Origin: a virus | Strand: one strand, 5' to 3' | Length of the DNA stretch: 64,000 nucleotides | IMG/VR virus record: IMGVR_UViG_3300032073_005220 | Location: 32,001 to 96,000 of that record | Part shown: in pieces, positions 18,898 to 27,717 of the stretch | Numbering within the stretch: the stretch's first letter is position 1 | Layout of the letters: every line of letters starts with the position of its first letter | The notes under the pieces: model-generated | Told to the model about the DNA's origin: nothing | Seen by the model: only the letters and a program-made list of their open reading frames with translations | Databases searched by the model: none | Position numbers and translations under genes: made by a program

Positions 18898-19574
18898 TGT
18901 CTAGAAATATTGATATCAATGTATTAATTGCGGTAAGAGCTGGATCAAAAAGAGTGCCTAATAAAAATATTAGATCTTTCGGCAACACCAATATGTTATC
19001 TGCAAAAGTAAAGCAAACTTTATCTTTGAAAGATGTAAGAAAGGTTGTGGTTACTTCAGATAGTGAAGAGATGCTTGATATAGCTAGTGATTTAGGTGCA
19101 TATCCTATGAAAAGAGATCCCTACTATGCTAGTGATTCTGTTCCTATGGGCGATGTTTATGTTCATCTAGCATCTATCATGGATTGTAAAGATATATTAT
19201 GGACCCCTGTTACAAGTCCTTTGGTCTCTAAAGAAACTATAGAGTCATGTATTGACATATACAAAAACCAAGAACAATATGATTCCGTAGTTACTACGAA
19301 CATAATACAAGAATACATGTGGCTTGATGGTAAAGCAATTAATTATGATCCCAAGAATCATCCTCGGTCACAAGATTTGCCTAAAATTTATGCATTAAAT
19401 TTTGCTGTTAATATTTTATCTAGAGAAACCATGATTAAAAATAAGAATATTCTGGGAGATAACTTTTATTCATACATGATAGACGACATAGAGTCTGTAG
19501 ATGTGGATACAGAATTTGATTTCAAAATAGCAGAAATGCTATATAACAATAAGGCGACATATGAAAAATCTTAA
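18897..19574 (+). CDS. CMP-ulosonic acid synthetase (NeuA/PseF-like cytidylyltransferase)
   Basis: RAGSKRVPNKN, VTSDS, TSP, RSQDL, DVDTEFDF. Confidence 0.88.
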   Translation: MSRNIDINVLIAVRAGSKRVPNKNIRSFGNTNMLSAKVKQTLSLKDVRKVVVTSDSEEMLDIASDLGAYPMKRDPYYASDSVPMGDVYVHLASIMDCKDILWTPVTSPLVSKETIESCIDIYKNQEQYDSVVTTNIIQEYMWLDGKAINYDPKNHPRSQDLPKIYALNFAVNILSRETMIKNKNILGDNFYSYMIDDIESVDVDTEFDFKIAEMLYNNKATYEKS

Positions 19575-20493
19575 AGTATTTATAGTAACATATAAAAGAT
19601 CTGACGTTTTAAATAGAACTCTTAATACCTTATTTCATCAAACAGATTTTTTAACAATACCAAACACCCAAGTAAATATTATCAACAATCACTCTGATTT
19701 TTATTTAGATCCTGCATTCTCTAGTCAAGTAAACGTTATACATAATAATACCAGGCCTGATTGGGACACAGGGAATTTAGCTAGAAATTGGAATGAGTCT
19801 TTGCTTCATGGTTTTAAAGACTTAAAAAATCCTGATGCTAATATTGTTACAACAATGCAGAACGATATTGTGTTAAGTAAGCATTGGGCTAGCAATCTGA
19901 TGAAAATGCATGAAAAATATACATTTATAACTGGACATTTTGGAGATAACATTGTAAGCTACCAACCGGAAGCGGTAAAGAAAATAGGAATGTGGGATGA
20001 AAGATATTTAACTCCTGTTAATAAAGAAGCAGATTATTTTATTAGGGCATTAATTTATAATAAAAATAAATCATTAATTAACGATAAAGCTCATGGTAGA
20101 TTACTAAATGCAAAAGACGCCTTAGAATTGGACAGTAGTGCATATTTAGGAAACGAACCCGATTGGAGAAATGAATTTAAAGACAAAGAAAACACTAGAG
20201 AAGGATGGTATCATACTTCTCAAATATTTTACTGGAAATGGAAAGACACTTGGAAAACACAACCAAGTTACTACGGTTGGTTAACAAGATGGTCACAAGA
20301 TTTTATAAATAATCCCCCATCTCCACCAAAAGTACCAAACTTTGTGCAATATGCCTATTTTGAAAAAGATATTGAACTTAAAGATAAAAACTATGTTGGT
20401 TGGCGTAAAGGAGATTGCTGGCTAGATGCTAATAAATGTTGTGACATAGATATTCATCCCTTTAAAGCGGGGAAAAGATTTAGAGATGATTAA
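19561..20493 (+). CDS. GT2-like glycosyltransferase
   Basis: FIVTYKR, IINN, LARNWN, MQND, IGMWDERY..EADY. Confidence 0.65.
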   Translation: MKNLKVFIVTYKRSDVLNRTLNTLFHQTDFLTIPNTQVNIINNHSDFYLDPAFSSQVNVIHNNTRPDWDTGNLARNWNESLLHGFKDLKNPDANIVTTMQNDIVLSKHWASNLMKMHEKYTFITGHFGDNIVSYQPEAVKKIGMWDERYLTPVNKEADYFIRALIYNKNKSLINDKAHGRLLNAKDALELDSSAYLGNEPDWRNEFKDKENTREGWYHTSQIFYWKWKDTWKTQPSYYGWLTRWSQDFINNPPSPPKVPNFVQYAYFEKDIELKDKNYVGWRKGDCWLDANKCCDIDIHPFKAGKRFRDD

Positions 20494-21853
20494 GCTAATA
20501 ATTTTTGATTTAGACGGAGTATTAGTAGATGCAAGAGAGTTGCATTACGAAGCTTTAAATGCTGCATTAGAATATATTGATAAGAAATATGTTATAAATA
20601 GACAGGAGCATTTGTCTACTTACGACGGTCTTTCTACCACTAAAAAACTGCAGATGCTTACAAAAGAAAAGCATTTACCTCAAAATTTACATCACGAAAT
20701 ATGGAAGCTCAAACAAGAAAAAACATTAGATATTATCCGTGATTTTCAACCTGACCTAAGGATTATTGCCCTATTAAAGAATTTGAAACAACAAGGTATA
20801 ACGGTCGCATGCGCTACGAATTCTATTAGGGACACGGCAAAATTACAGTTAATAAAGAAAGGTTTTTTTGAGCATATTGATTTTATGTATTCTAATCAAG
20901 ATGTGAATAAGCCTAAGCCTAGTTCAGAAATATATCTCAGATGTATGCTAAAAGCAGATGTTGACCCACAAGAAACAGTAATTGTAGAAGACTCTCATCA
21001 CGGCAGAAAAGCAGCTATTAATAGCGGAGGACATTTGTGTGCTGTCAAAAATAGTACTGATGTCACACAAGATAAAATACAAAATTTTATAAATAAAATC
21101 AACAAACAAGCCACCATAAAACCCAAGTGGCAGGGAGGCAAGATGAATGTACTTATTCCTATGGCCGGTGCTGGATCAAGATTTGAACAAGCAGGTTATA
21201 CTTTCCCCAAACCTCTAATTGAGGTTAAAGGCAAACCAATGATACAGTTGGTAGTTGATAGTCTTAATATTGATGCTAGGCACATATTCGTGGTACAAGA
21301 ATCTCATTATGAAAAATATAACTTAAAACACTTGTTAAATCTAATATCTCCAAACTGTGAAGTTGTGTGCGTGAATGGAGTAACGGAAGGAGCAGCTTGC
21401 ACAACCTTGCTTGCTAAAAAGTTTATAGACAATAATGAACCTCTTGTGTTCGCTAATTCAGATCAGTTTTTAGATTGGGATAGTAATGAATTTATGTATT
21501 CTATGGAAGCCGACGAAATTGATGGAGGCATGCTGACCTTTACAGCCACTCATCCCAAATGGAGTTTTGCTAAATTAAATGACGACGGTTTTGTTACTGA
21601 AGTAGCAGAGAAAAAACCGATCAGTGATATTGCAACAGTCGGAGTTTATTATTGGAAACGTGGAGCTGATTATGTAAAATATGCCGAACAAATGATCAGA
21701 GAAAATATTAGAGTGAATAACGAGTTTTATGTATGTCCTGTGTTTAATGAGGCTATTAAAGATGGTAAGAAAATCAAAACTTTCCATTTTGATGGTATGT
21801 GGGGCATAGGTACTCCTGAAGATTTAGATATATTCAATAAAGAATATAAGTGA
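20486..21853 (+). CDS. HAD phosphatase fused to a BcbE-like nucleotidyltransferase
   Basis: FDLDGVL, ATNS, KP, VEDS; then IPMAGAGSRF, PKPLI, NSDQ, EKKPIS, GTPEDL. Confidence 0.88.
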   Translation: MIKLIIFDLDGVLVDARELHYEALNAALEYIDKKYVINRQEHLSTYDGLSTTKKLQMLTKEKHLPQNLHHEIWKLKQEKTLDIIRDFQPDLRIIALLKNLKQQGITVACATNSIRDTAKLQLIKKGFFEHIDFMYSNQDVNKPKPSSEIYLRCMLKADVDPQETVIVEDSHHGRKAAINSGGHLCAVKNSTDVTQDKIQNFINKINKQATIKPKWQGGKMNVLIPMAGAGSRFEQAGYTFPKPLIEVKGKPMIQLVVDSLNIDARHIFVVQESHYEKYNLKHLLNLISPNCEVVCVNGVTEGAACTTLLAKKFIDNNEPLVFANSDQFLDWDSNEFMYSMEADEIDGGMLTFTATHPKWSFAKLNDDGFVTEVAEKKPISDIATVGVYYWKRGADYVKYAEQMIRENIRVNNEFYVCPVFNEAIKDGKKIKTFHFDGMWGIGTPEDLDIFNKEYK

Positions 21854-22650
21854 AAATCATTAAAAAAAAAATAGCTATATTACTAACTGGATTTGTAAGA
21901 AATTGGAAAGATACAATAAATAATCTTATTGTAAATTTTGTAAGTAAAAATGACGAGAGATTTGAATTCGATTTATATGGAGTAACTTATAATATAACAG
22001 ATGACTATACTCAGGACACTAGCTATAAAAGACATGTAGATTTACAAGAAATTAATTCCTTAACAGAAGAATATGCATTTAAAGACTTAGAAGTATTAAA
22101 TTATAGAAAAACATTAAATAAAATACTTTGGGACAATCAACAAATAATATCTCTAATTGAGGATTATATAGATGTGGAATACAAGATAGAAACAATTTTA
22201 ATGCAATGCTTTTGCATACAGCTTGCTTATAATAAAATACAACACAAGAAATATGATTTTGTCATGAGAAGTAGGTTTGATGTTAATCATATACAAAGTA
22301 CAATTATTCAAGAAGAAGGAATCGCAAATAATGAAATTGGATGTCTGTCAAGACCTAGCAGCCAAAATTTTGTAGACCATGTTGTTTTTGGTACTCAACA
22401 AAATTTGAGAATATTTTGTAATACTTATTCTAATCTACAAACAGAAAACTTTATTACTAATTATAAAATTAAATTTGTAGAAGACGCTTTTTTAAATACC
22501 TTATTGATGAATAAAATTAAAATTAAGATTTTGCCATGGATTTGTAGTGTTCAAAGGCGCACTCCATGCATCATCTGTGAAAGAGAAGGAACTAAAGACG
22601 AATTGTTTTTATTTGACATACGTAAGTTCAACTTAGATGAAACGAGTTAA
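21850..22650 (+). CDS. Hypothetical glycosyltransferase-like protein
   Basis: IAILLTGFVR, YDFVMRSRFD pattern common in glyco clusters. Confidence 0.5.
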   Translation: MKIIKKKIAILLTGFVRNWKDTINNLIVNFVSKNDERFEFDLYGVTYNITDDYTQDTSYKRHVDLQEINSLTEEYAFKDLEVLNYRKTLNKILWDNQQIISLIEDYIDVEYKIETILMQCFCIQLAYNKIQHKKYDFVMRSRFDVNHIQSTIIQEEGIANNEIGCLSRPSSQNFVDHVVFGTQQNLRIFCNTYSNLQTENFITNYKIKFVEDAFLNTLLMNKIKIKILPWICSVQRRTPCIICEREGTKDELFLFDIRKFNLDETS

Positions 22651-23350
22651 TCCAATGAAATTAAAAGATTTAGAAATTATAGACGCAAATCAACATTTAT
22701 TTGATAGCTTTAATGACTTTATACTGAGTAGTGATACGAAGGTCTTTGGCAAACTACTTGCTAGATGCTTATTGTTGAATCAGGTTAAAGACATTCCTGG
22801 AGATATTGTAGAGTGTGGAGTATTTAAAGGAACGGGTCTTATGACATTTCTAAAAGCTAAAAGATTCTTATGTCCTAACGGACATAAAAAAGTTATCGGC
22901 TTTGATTTCTTTAATTCAGATGGGCTACTAAAAAGTCTCGACGGAATAGACAAAAAAGCTATGTCTACTTTATTTAAAGGTAGAAATTATGAGCACAAAA
23001 ATAAACACGAAGAAATATTATATCAATATATTTTAAATTGTGGTTTTGCAGAACATGAGTTTGAGCTGGTGTCTGGTGATATAACTAAGACATCGCATGA
23101 ATACATTAAAGATAAACCTGGATTCAGAATATCTTTATTGTATATTGATCTAGATTTAGATGTGCCAAGTTATGAAACACTAAATGCTCTCTGGGACAGA
23201 GTATCTAGAGGAGGTGTTGTCGTCTTCGATGAATATGCTTTTCATAAATGGTCTGAAGCTGACGGGGTCGACAGATTCTTTAAGGATAAAAACATTACAA
23301 TTAAAACCCTAGACTATATATGTCCAACAGCATATGTAATAAAATCATGA
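22637..23350 (+). CDS. TylF/MycF-family O-methyltransferase
   Basis: PGDIVECGVFKG, GFDFF, YIDLD, GGVVVFDEY. Confidence 0.85.
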   Translation: MKRVNPMKLKDLEIIDANQHLFDSFNDFILSSDTKVFGKLLARCLLLNQVKDIPGDIVECGVFKGTGLMTFLKAKRFLCPNGHKKVIGFDFFNSDGLLKSLDGIDKKAMSTLFKGRNYEHKNKHEEILYQYILNCGFAEHEFELVSGDITKTSHEYIKDKPGFRISLLYIDLDLDVPSYETLNALWDRVSRGGVVVFDEYAFHKWSEADGVDRFFKDKNITIKTLDYICPTAYVIKS

Positions 23351-23817
23351 ATAAAATATTAATATCTCATAGGGGAAATATATTTGGCTCAAAACCCGAA
23401 CAAGAAAATAAGCCCGAATATATTCTTAAAGCGATATCAAACGGTTTTGATGTAGAAATAGATATATGGAATTCTAAGGATAAATTATTTCTAGGACATG
23501 ATAATCCTGAGACTAATATAAATAAAGATTTTTTATTACAAAACAGACAATATCTTTGGTGTCACGCTAAAAATCTTACAGCTTTAGAAAAATTACTGGA
23601 CATGGGTATGACTTGCTTTTGGCATCAAGAAGATTATTATACCTTAACTAGCAATAACTATATATGGACCTATCCAGATCAATCAGTTGGAAGTAACTCT
23701 ATATGGGTAATGCCAGAAATGGCTGGTATTAATGAAACACAAACAGATTTATATCTATCAAATTGCATCGGAATATGTTCTGATTTTATAGGAGAGTATA
23801 TATGGACAAAACAATAG
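23347..23817 (+). CDS. Glycerophosphodiester phosphodiesterase-like protein
   Basis: ISHRGN, EN, DVEIDI, LGHD, WCHAKN, GICSD. Confidence 0.8.
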   Translation: MNKILISHRGNIFGSKPEQENKPEYILKAISNGFDVEIDIWNSKDKLFLGHDNPETNINKDFLLQNRQYLWCHAKNLTALEKLLDMGMTCFWHQEDYYTLTSNNYIWTYPDQSVGSNSIWVMPEMAGINETQTDLYLSNCIGICSDFIGEYIWTKQ

Positions 23818-24506
23818 TAGTAATGGGTAATGGTCCGTCATTGAAAGATTTAGATTGGGATCTACTCAAAGGCGTCGACACCTTTGGCTTAAATTCAGCT
23901 TATAGGGCTTATGAAAAAATGAACTGGTACCCTACATATCATGGTTGTTTTGACTATATAGTTACCGATTGTCACAGGCAAAACTTCACTCACCTAATCA
24001 ATACGGGTAGAATTAAAAATCATTTTTATATTCGTAATATATCTAATGCTTCTAACTTTACTCACATTAATCTACAACCTTGGAAAACCACACACAAGAT
24101 CAATAAATCTCCTGATGATTTCTCTTCTTTTCGGGATAATGGTAATAGTGGCACAAATGCGTGTTCTGTTAGTATGTGTTTAGGTTATAAAAATATAATA
24201 CTTGTCGGGGTGGATTGTAATTATGTTGAGCATGTAGACGGGTCTACTGGTGACGGACAGGGAGGTTTAAAGATGTTCAAAACTCCTGAAACAAATCCCA
24301 ATTATTGGTTTGATGATTACCAACAGGAAGGAGACAGATATAATGTCCCTAGAGGCGAGGTATTTCACAAACCTGCTTGGAACGACTTCTCTCAACTTGC
24401 TAAAGATAACGGCATTAATGTAGTCAATTCCAGCCCGATATCAACCTTAGAGTGTTTCAATAAGGTCTCGCTAGAACAGGCTGTTGCACAATATGTAAAA
24501 ACTTAA
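23802..24506 (+). CDS. DUF115/Maf (GT42-like) ulosonic-acid transferase-like protein
   Basis: VVMGNGPSL, FGLN, LGYKNIILVGVD. Confidence 0.65.
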   Translation: MDKTIVVMGNGPSLKDLDWDLLKGVDTFGLNSAYRAYEKMNWYPTYHGCFDYIVTDCHRQNFTHLINTGRIKNHFYIRNISNASNFTHINLQPWKTTHKINKSPDDFSSFRDNGNSGTNACSVSMCLGYKNIILVGVDCNYVEHVDGSTGDGQGGLKMFKTPETNPNYWFDDYQQEGDRYNVPRGEVFHKPAWNDFSQLAKDNGINVVNSSPISTLECFNKVSLEQAVAQYVKT

Positions 24507-24519
24507 TAAAATTCTTGCA

Positions 24520-24547
24520 TAGACATATAGAAAAAACCATCTATAAT
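24520..24547 (+). promoter_or_regulatory. Sigma70-type promoter TAGACA-16-TATAAT
   Basis: In the gap upstream of the aldolase; GAGG RBS follows. Confidence 0.55.
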
Positions 24548-24584
24548 AAACTAGATATCTAAACCAGAAAAAGAGGACTTTAAA

Positions 24585-25313
24585 ATGATATTATCTTGGC
24601 AGCAAATACCTTCTGTTACTGTTTCTGAAATTATGTGTAAAGGTTTTGATGGAGTTGTTCTTGATACTGAACACGGTAGTTTTAATACGGAAACTATTAA
24701 TAATTGCATACAGGTAATTAAATTAGCAGGCAAGAAAGCTTTCGTCAGATTAACAGAAGTTTCACCCACCAATATCAGATCGTGTCTTGATTCTGGCTGT
24801 GATGGTCTTATTTTTTCAACAGTAGAGACTGTTGACCAATGCGAAGCCATTAAAAACTGTTGCTACTTCCCTCCAAAAGGCAAGAGAGGTCTTGGACTAT
24901 CAAGAGAAAATATGTGGGGAGAAAAAAATCAATTAGTAAGTAGTGGACCAATTATTGTTCCTCAGATAGAATCTAAATTAGGTATTGAAAATATAGAAAA
25001 AATTAAAAGCTATGGATTTGACTTTCATCTTATTGGTCCGTATGATTTATCTTTAAGTTTAGAAATACCTGGCGACTTTAAACACGAAAAATTTCAAGAA
25101 GCTATTAAGACTATGAGAGATAGTATTCCTAATGATAAAATGGCCATACATATCCCTAAGGATCTTGACGCTTGGAATTTATGGCAGTCCGAAATGGAAG
25201 AATGGCTGAACTATTCAGATTATGGAATGCTATGCATAGGTATGGATACTATAGCTATCTTCCAGTATAATAAAGTAAATTTATCTAAAGTCAAAAAGAA
25301 CGCTGGTCGATAG
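24585..25313 (+). CDS. HpcH/HpaI class II pyruvate aldolase
   Basis: VLDTEHG, FVR, LDSG, PPKGKRG, QIES, IGPYDLS. Confidence 0.9.
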   Translation: MILSWQQIPSVTVSEIMCKGFDGVVLDTEHGSFNTETINNCIQVIKLAGKKAFVRLTEVSPTNIRSCLDSGCDGLIFSTVETVDQCEAIKNCCYFPPKGKRGLGLSRENMWGEKNQLVSSGPIIVPQIESKLGIENIEKIKSYGFDFHLIGPYDLSLSLEIPGDFKHEKFQEAIKTMRDSIPNDKMAIHIPKDLDAWNLWQSEMEEWLNYSDYGMLCIGMDTIAIFQYNKVNLSKVKKNAGR

Positions 25314-25332
25314 AATAATATAGAAACTTCTC

Positions 25333-25361
25333 TTGACTTTGCAGCATCCTTGCTGTATAAT
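25333..25361 (+). promoter_or_regulatory. Near-consensus sigma70 promoter TTGACT-17-TATAAT
   Basis: Read directly from the sequence. Confidence 0.8.
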
Positions 25362-25380
25362 ATCTTATAAAGGGTGTTAC

Positions 25381-25506
25381 ATGTTAGAAATTTGTATTAT
25401 TATTGCTATGTTTGCTGGGCTTCTCGACGGCATCAAGAAGTTAAAATCTCCTCCAAAGATAAAGTCTTCCAATAATCTTATAGAGTATTTATTTATAGAC
25501 TACTAA
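25381..25506 (+). CDS. 41-aa small membrane protein (not in ORF track)
   Basis: MLEICIIIAMFAGLLDGIKKLKSPPKIKSSNNLIEYLFIDY*; AGGG RBS, TAATG coupling to next gene. Confidence 0.6.
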   Translation: MLEICIIIAMFAGLLDGIKKLKSPPKIKSSNNLIEYLFIDY

Positions 25507-26036
25507 TGAATAGACTAAAAAATCAAAGAGTTTACTTGGCTGGCGCAATAGATCGCGTTTACGATAAAGGTAGAGGCTGGAGAGAAGAAATATCTCCATT
25601 CTTAGAGTCTTTAGGAGTTGTAGTATTTAATCCTATTACAAAACCAACAGAAATAGGTTTAGAGGATAGCGATACCCATTTAGTAAAATCTAAACTGAAA
25701 AAGAATAAAAGATATGACGAACTCAGCTCTATGATGAAAATTATTAGATCTGTAGATCTTAGATTGGTAGATATAAGTGATTTGTTGATTGTAAACTTAG
25801 ATTTAGATATTCACCCTTGCGGCACTTATGAAGAAATTTTCTGGGCAAATAGGCAGAAGAAACCGATTATAATACACATGGTACAGGGTAAAGAACATGC
25901 TCCTGATTGGCTTTTTGGTACAGTGCCTCATCAAATGATATATTCTGATTGGAACGATATTTATGGATATCTAGAACACATAAACTCTTCTGAAAACATT
26001 AACACCTACAATAGATGGTATTTTTTTAATATATAA
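25506..26036 (+). CDS. Nucleoside 2-deoxyribosyltransferase / nucleotide N-hydrolase-like
   Basis: VYLAGAID, WR, FNP, DL..V..SD, GTYEE. Confidence 0.8.
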   Translation: MNRLKNQRVYLAGAIDRVYDKGRGWREEISPFLESLGVVVFNPITKPTEIGLEDSDTHLVKSKLKKNKRYDELSSMMKIIRSVDLRLVDISDLLIVNLDLDIHPCGTYEEIFWANRQKKPIIIHMVQGKEHAPDWLFGTVPHQMIYSDWNDIYGYLEHINSSENINTYNRWYFFNI

Positions 26037-26039
26037 ATT

Positions 26040-26621
26040 ATGAAACATGTAACTAATCAAGAAGTATATAATTATATTTATAGATACCCAACAGATGAGT
26101 TATCTCTAAATGCTTTTAGAAATATTGATAAGAAAAACTTTAGTACAGAGAATAATGAGGAATGGGAAGAATGTAAACAGTTTATAGATAAACATTTACC
26201 ATATGCTCTCTGTCCACAACCATATGTTAGACATCCTTTGTATGCTTTATCTCCAGCGTCTGTAGCAGGAAGGAGACAGTATTGTGTCCTTGATTTTAAA
26301 ACTGAAAACGACAAAATTATTTTACTTGGAGATACAATATATCACGGCAGCGATATGTCTAAACAGCTTATAGACTATATTATTAGTCCAGAAGGAGAAT
26401 TAATTCTTGGCAGAAAACATTTTTGGCTAACTGTGGAAGCAGGACTTACATTCGTACATGGCGCTGGTCGAGTAATCATAGCGCAGAATGGTGAAATTTC
26501 CTATATAGATAACCACTCTGGCCATTTCCAGCCCGATATATCTAAATTTAGGAAAAGTTTAAAAACTTTATCACATCTAAAGATAAGAGAAATTAACGAG
26601 TGGAATTATGAAAATCCTTGA
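26040..26621 (+). CDS. Protein with a polymorphic-toxin-like (Ntox43-like) domain
   Basis: YII..EG.LILG..H..L.....V.GAG.V...G.I..IDNHSGHFQP. Confidence 0.5.
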   Translation: MKHVTNQEVYNYIYRYPTDELSLNAFRNIDKKNFSTENNEEWEECKQFIDKHLPYALCPQPYVRHPLYALSPASVAGRRQYCVLDFKTENDKIILLGDTIYHGSDMSKQLIDYIISPEGELILGRKHFWLTVEAGLTFVHGAGRVIIAQNGEISYIDNHSGHFQPDISKFRKSLKTLSHLKIREINEWNYENP

Positions 26622-27717
26622 AGATAAAAAACTAGACTTTGACGATGTTTTAATCAGACCCAAAAGATCTACACTTAAAAGCAGGTCTGAAGTTTTGTTA
26701 AACAGAAAAATGAGATTCCCTCACTCTAATAGAGAATTAGATTGTGTTCCGGTCATTGCTGCTAACATGGACACTACCGGATCATTTTCTATGAACGATA
26801 CCCTTTCACAGTTTGATTGCATAACCTGCCTGCATAAACACTACACGGTTGAACAATTGCTTAGATATTTTAGGAATAAAAAACCATACGCTTTTTATTC
26901 TACAGGAATCTCTGAAACAGACATAGATAAACTTACATGCGTATATGATAAATTACAAGTTAAGCCGAACCTATGTATTGATGTGGCCAATGGCTACAGT
27001 GAAAGATTTGTTACTACAATAAAACGAATTAGAGATTGGTATCCCGATATTATTATTATGGCAGGAAATGTTGTTACTCCAGAAATAACAGAAGAGTTAA
27101 TATTTCATGGTGGTGTTGATATAGTAAAAGTAGGAATAGGATCAGGAAGTGTTTGTACTACCAGACTTAAAACTGGAGTAGGCTACCCTCAACTATCTGC
27201 CATAATGGAATGTGGAGATGCTGCTCATGGATTAAATGGACATATTTGTAGTGATGGAGGATGCAAAACTCCTGCCGACGTATGCAAAGCATTTGGAGCC
27301 AATGCAGATTTTGTAATGTTGGGAGGCATGTTGGCAGGTACCGACTGTTGTGAAGGAGAATGGAAATATGAATATAGATGCCATACAGCAGGCGAAGACG
27401 ACAGACGTAATCAAGAGTGGTGGCAACCTTATGATCCCGGCTATCTAACAGATAAAAGGAAAGTGTCTCTGTCTTTTTATGGCATGAGCAGTAAGGAGGC
27501 TATGATTAAACACAATGGAGGCGTGGCCGATTATAGAACGAGCGAAGGCAAATGTGTTGCAATACCATACAAAGGAACAACTAAAGATTGCATTCAAGAT
27601 GTTCTTGGAGGTATTAGAAGTGCTTGCACTTATGTTGGAGCAAATAAGCTGAAAGATTTCAGCAAAAAAACAACTTTTATCAAAGTCAACAATACTCACA
27701 ATAAGGTTTTTTCATGA
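26608..27717 (+). CDS. guaC: GMP reductase
   Basis: LDFDDVLIRPKRSTL.SRSEV, AANMD, DVANGYSE, KVGIGSGSVCTTR, FYGMSS, RSACTYVGA. Confidence 0.95.
   Translation: MKILEDKKLDFDDVLIRPKRSTLKSRSEVLLNRKMRFPHSNRELDCVPVIAANMDTTGSFSMNDTLSQFDCITCLHKHYTVEQLLRYFRNKKPYAFYSTGISETDIDKLTCVYDKLQVKPNLCIDVANGYSERFVTTIKRIRDWYPDIIIMAGNVVTPEITEELIFHGGVDIVKVGIGSGSVCTTRLKTGVGYPQLSAIMECGDAAHGLNGHICSDGGCKTPADVCKAFGANADFVMLGGMLAGTDCCEGEWKYEYRCHTAGEDDRRNQEWWQPYDPGYLTDKRKVSLSFYGMSSKEAMIKHNGGVADYRTSEGKCVAIPYKGTTKDCIQDVLGGIRSACTYVGANKLKDFSKKTTFIKVNNTHNKVFS

Noticed and set aside
12990-25313. Cellular O-antigen/capsule locus or eukaryotic giant virus
   Set aside because: No Wzx/Wzy/ABC export genes; SD sites, sigma70 promoters, sigma factor, DnaB/DnaG/RecA-like and PhoH context fit a bacteriophage
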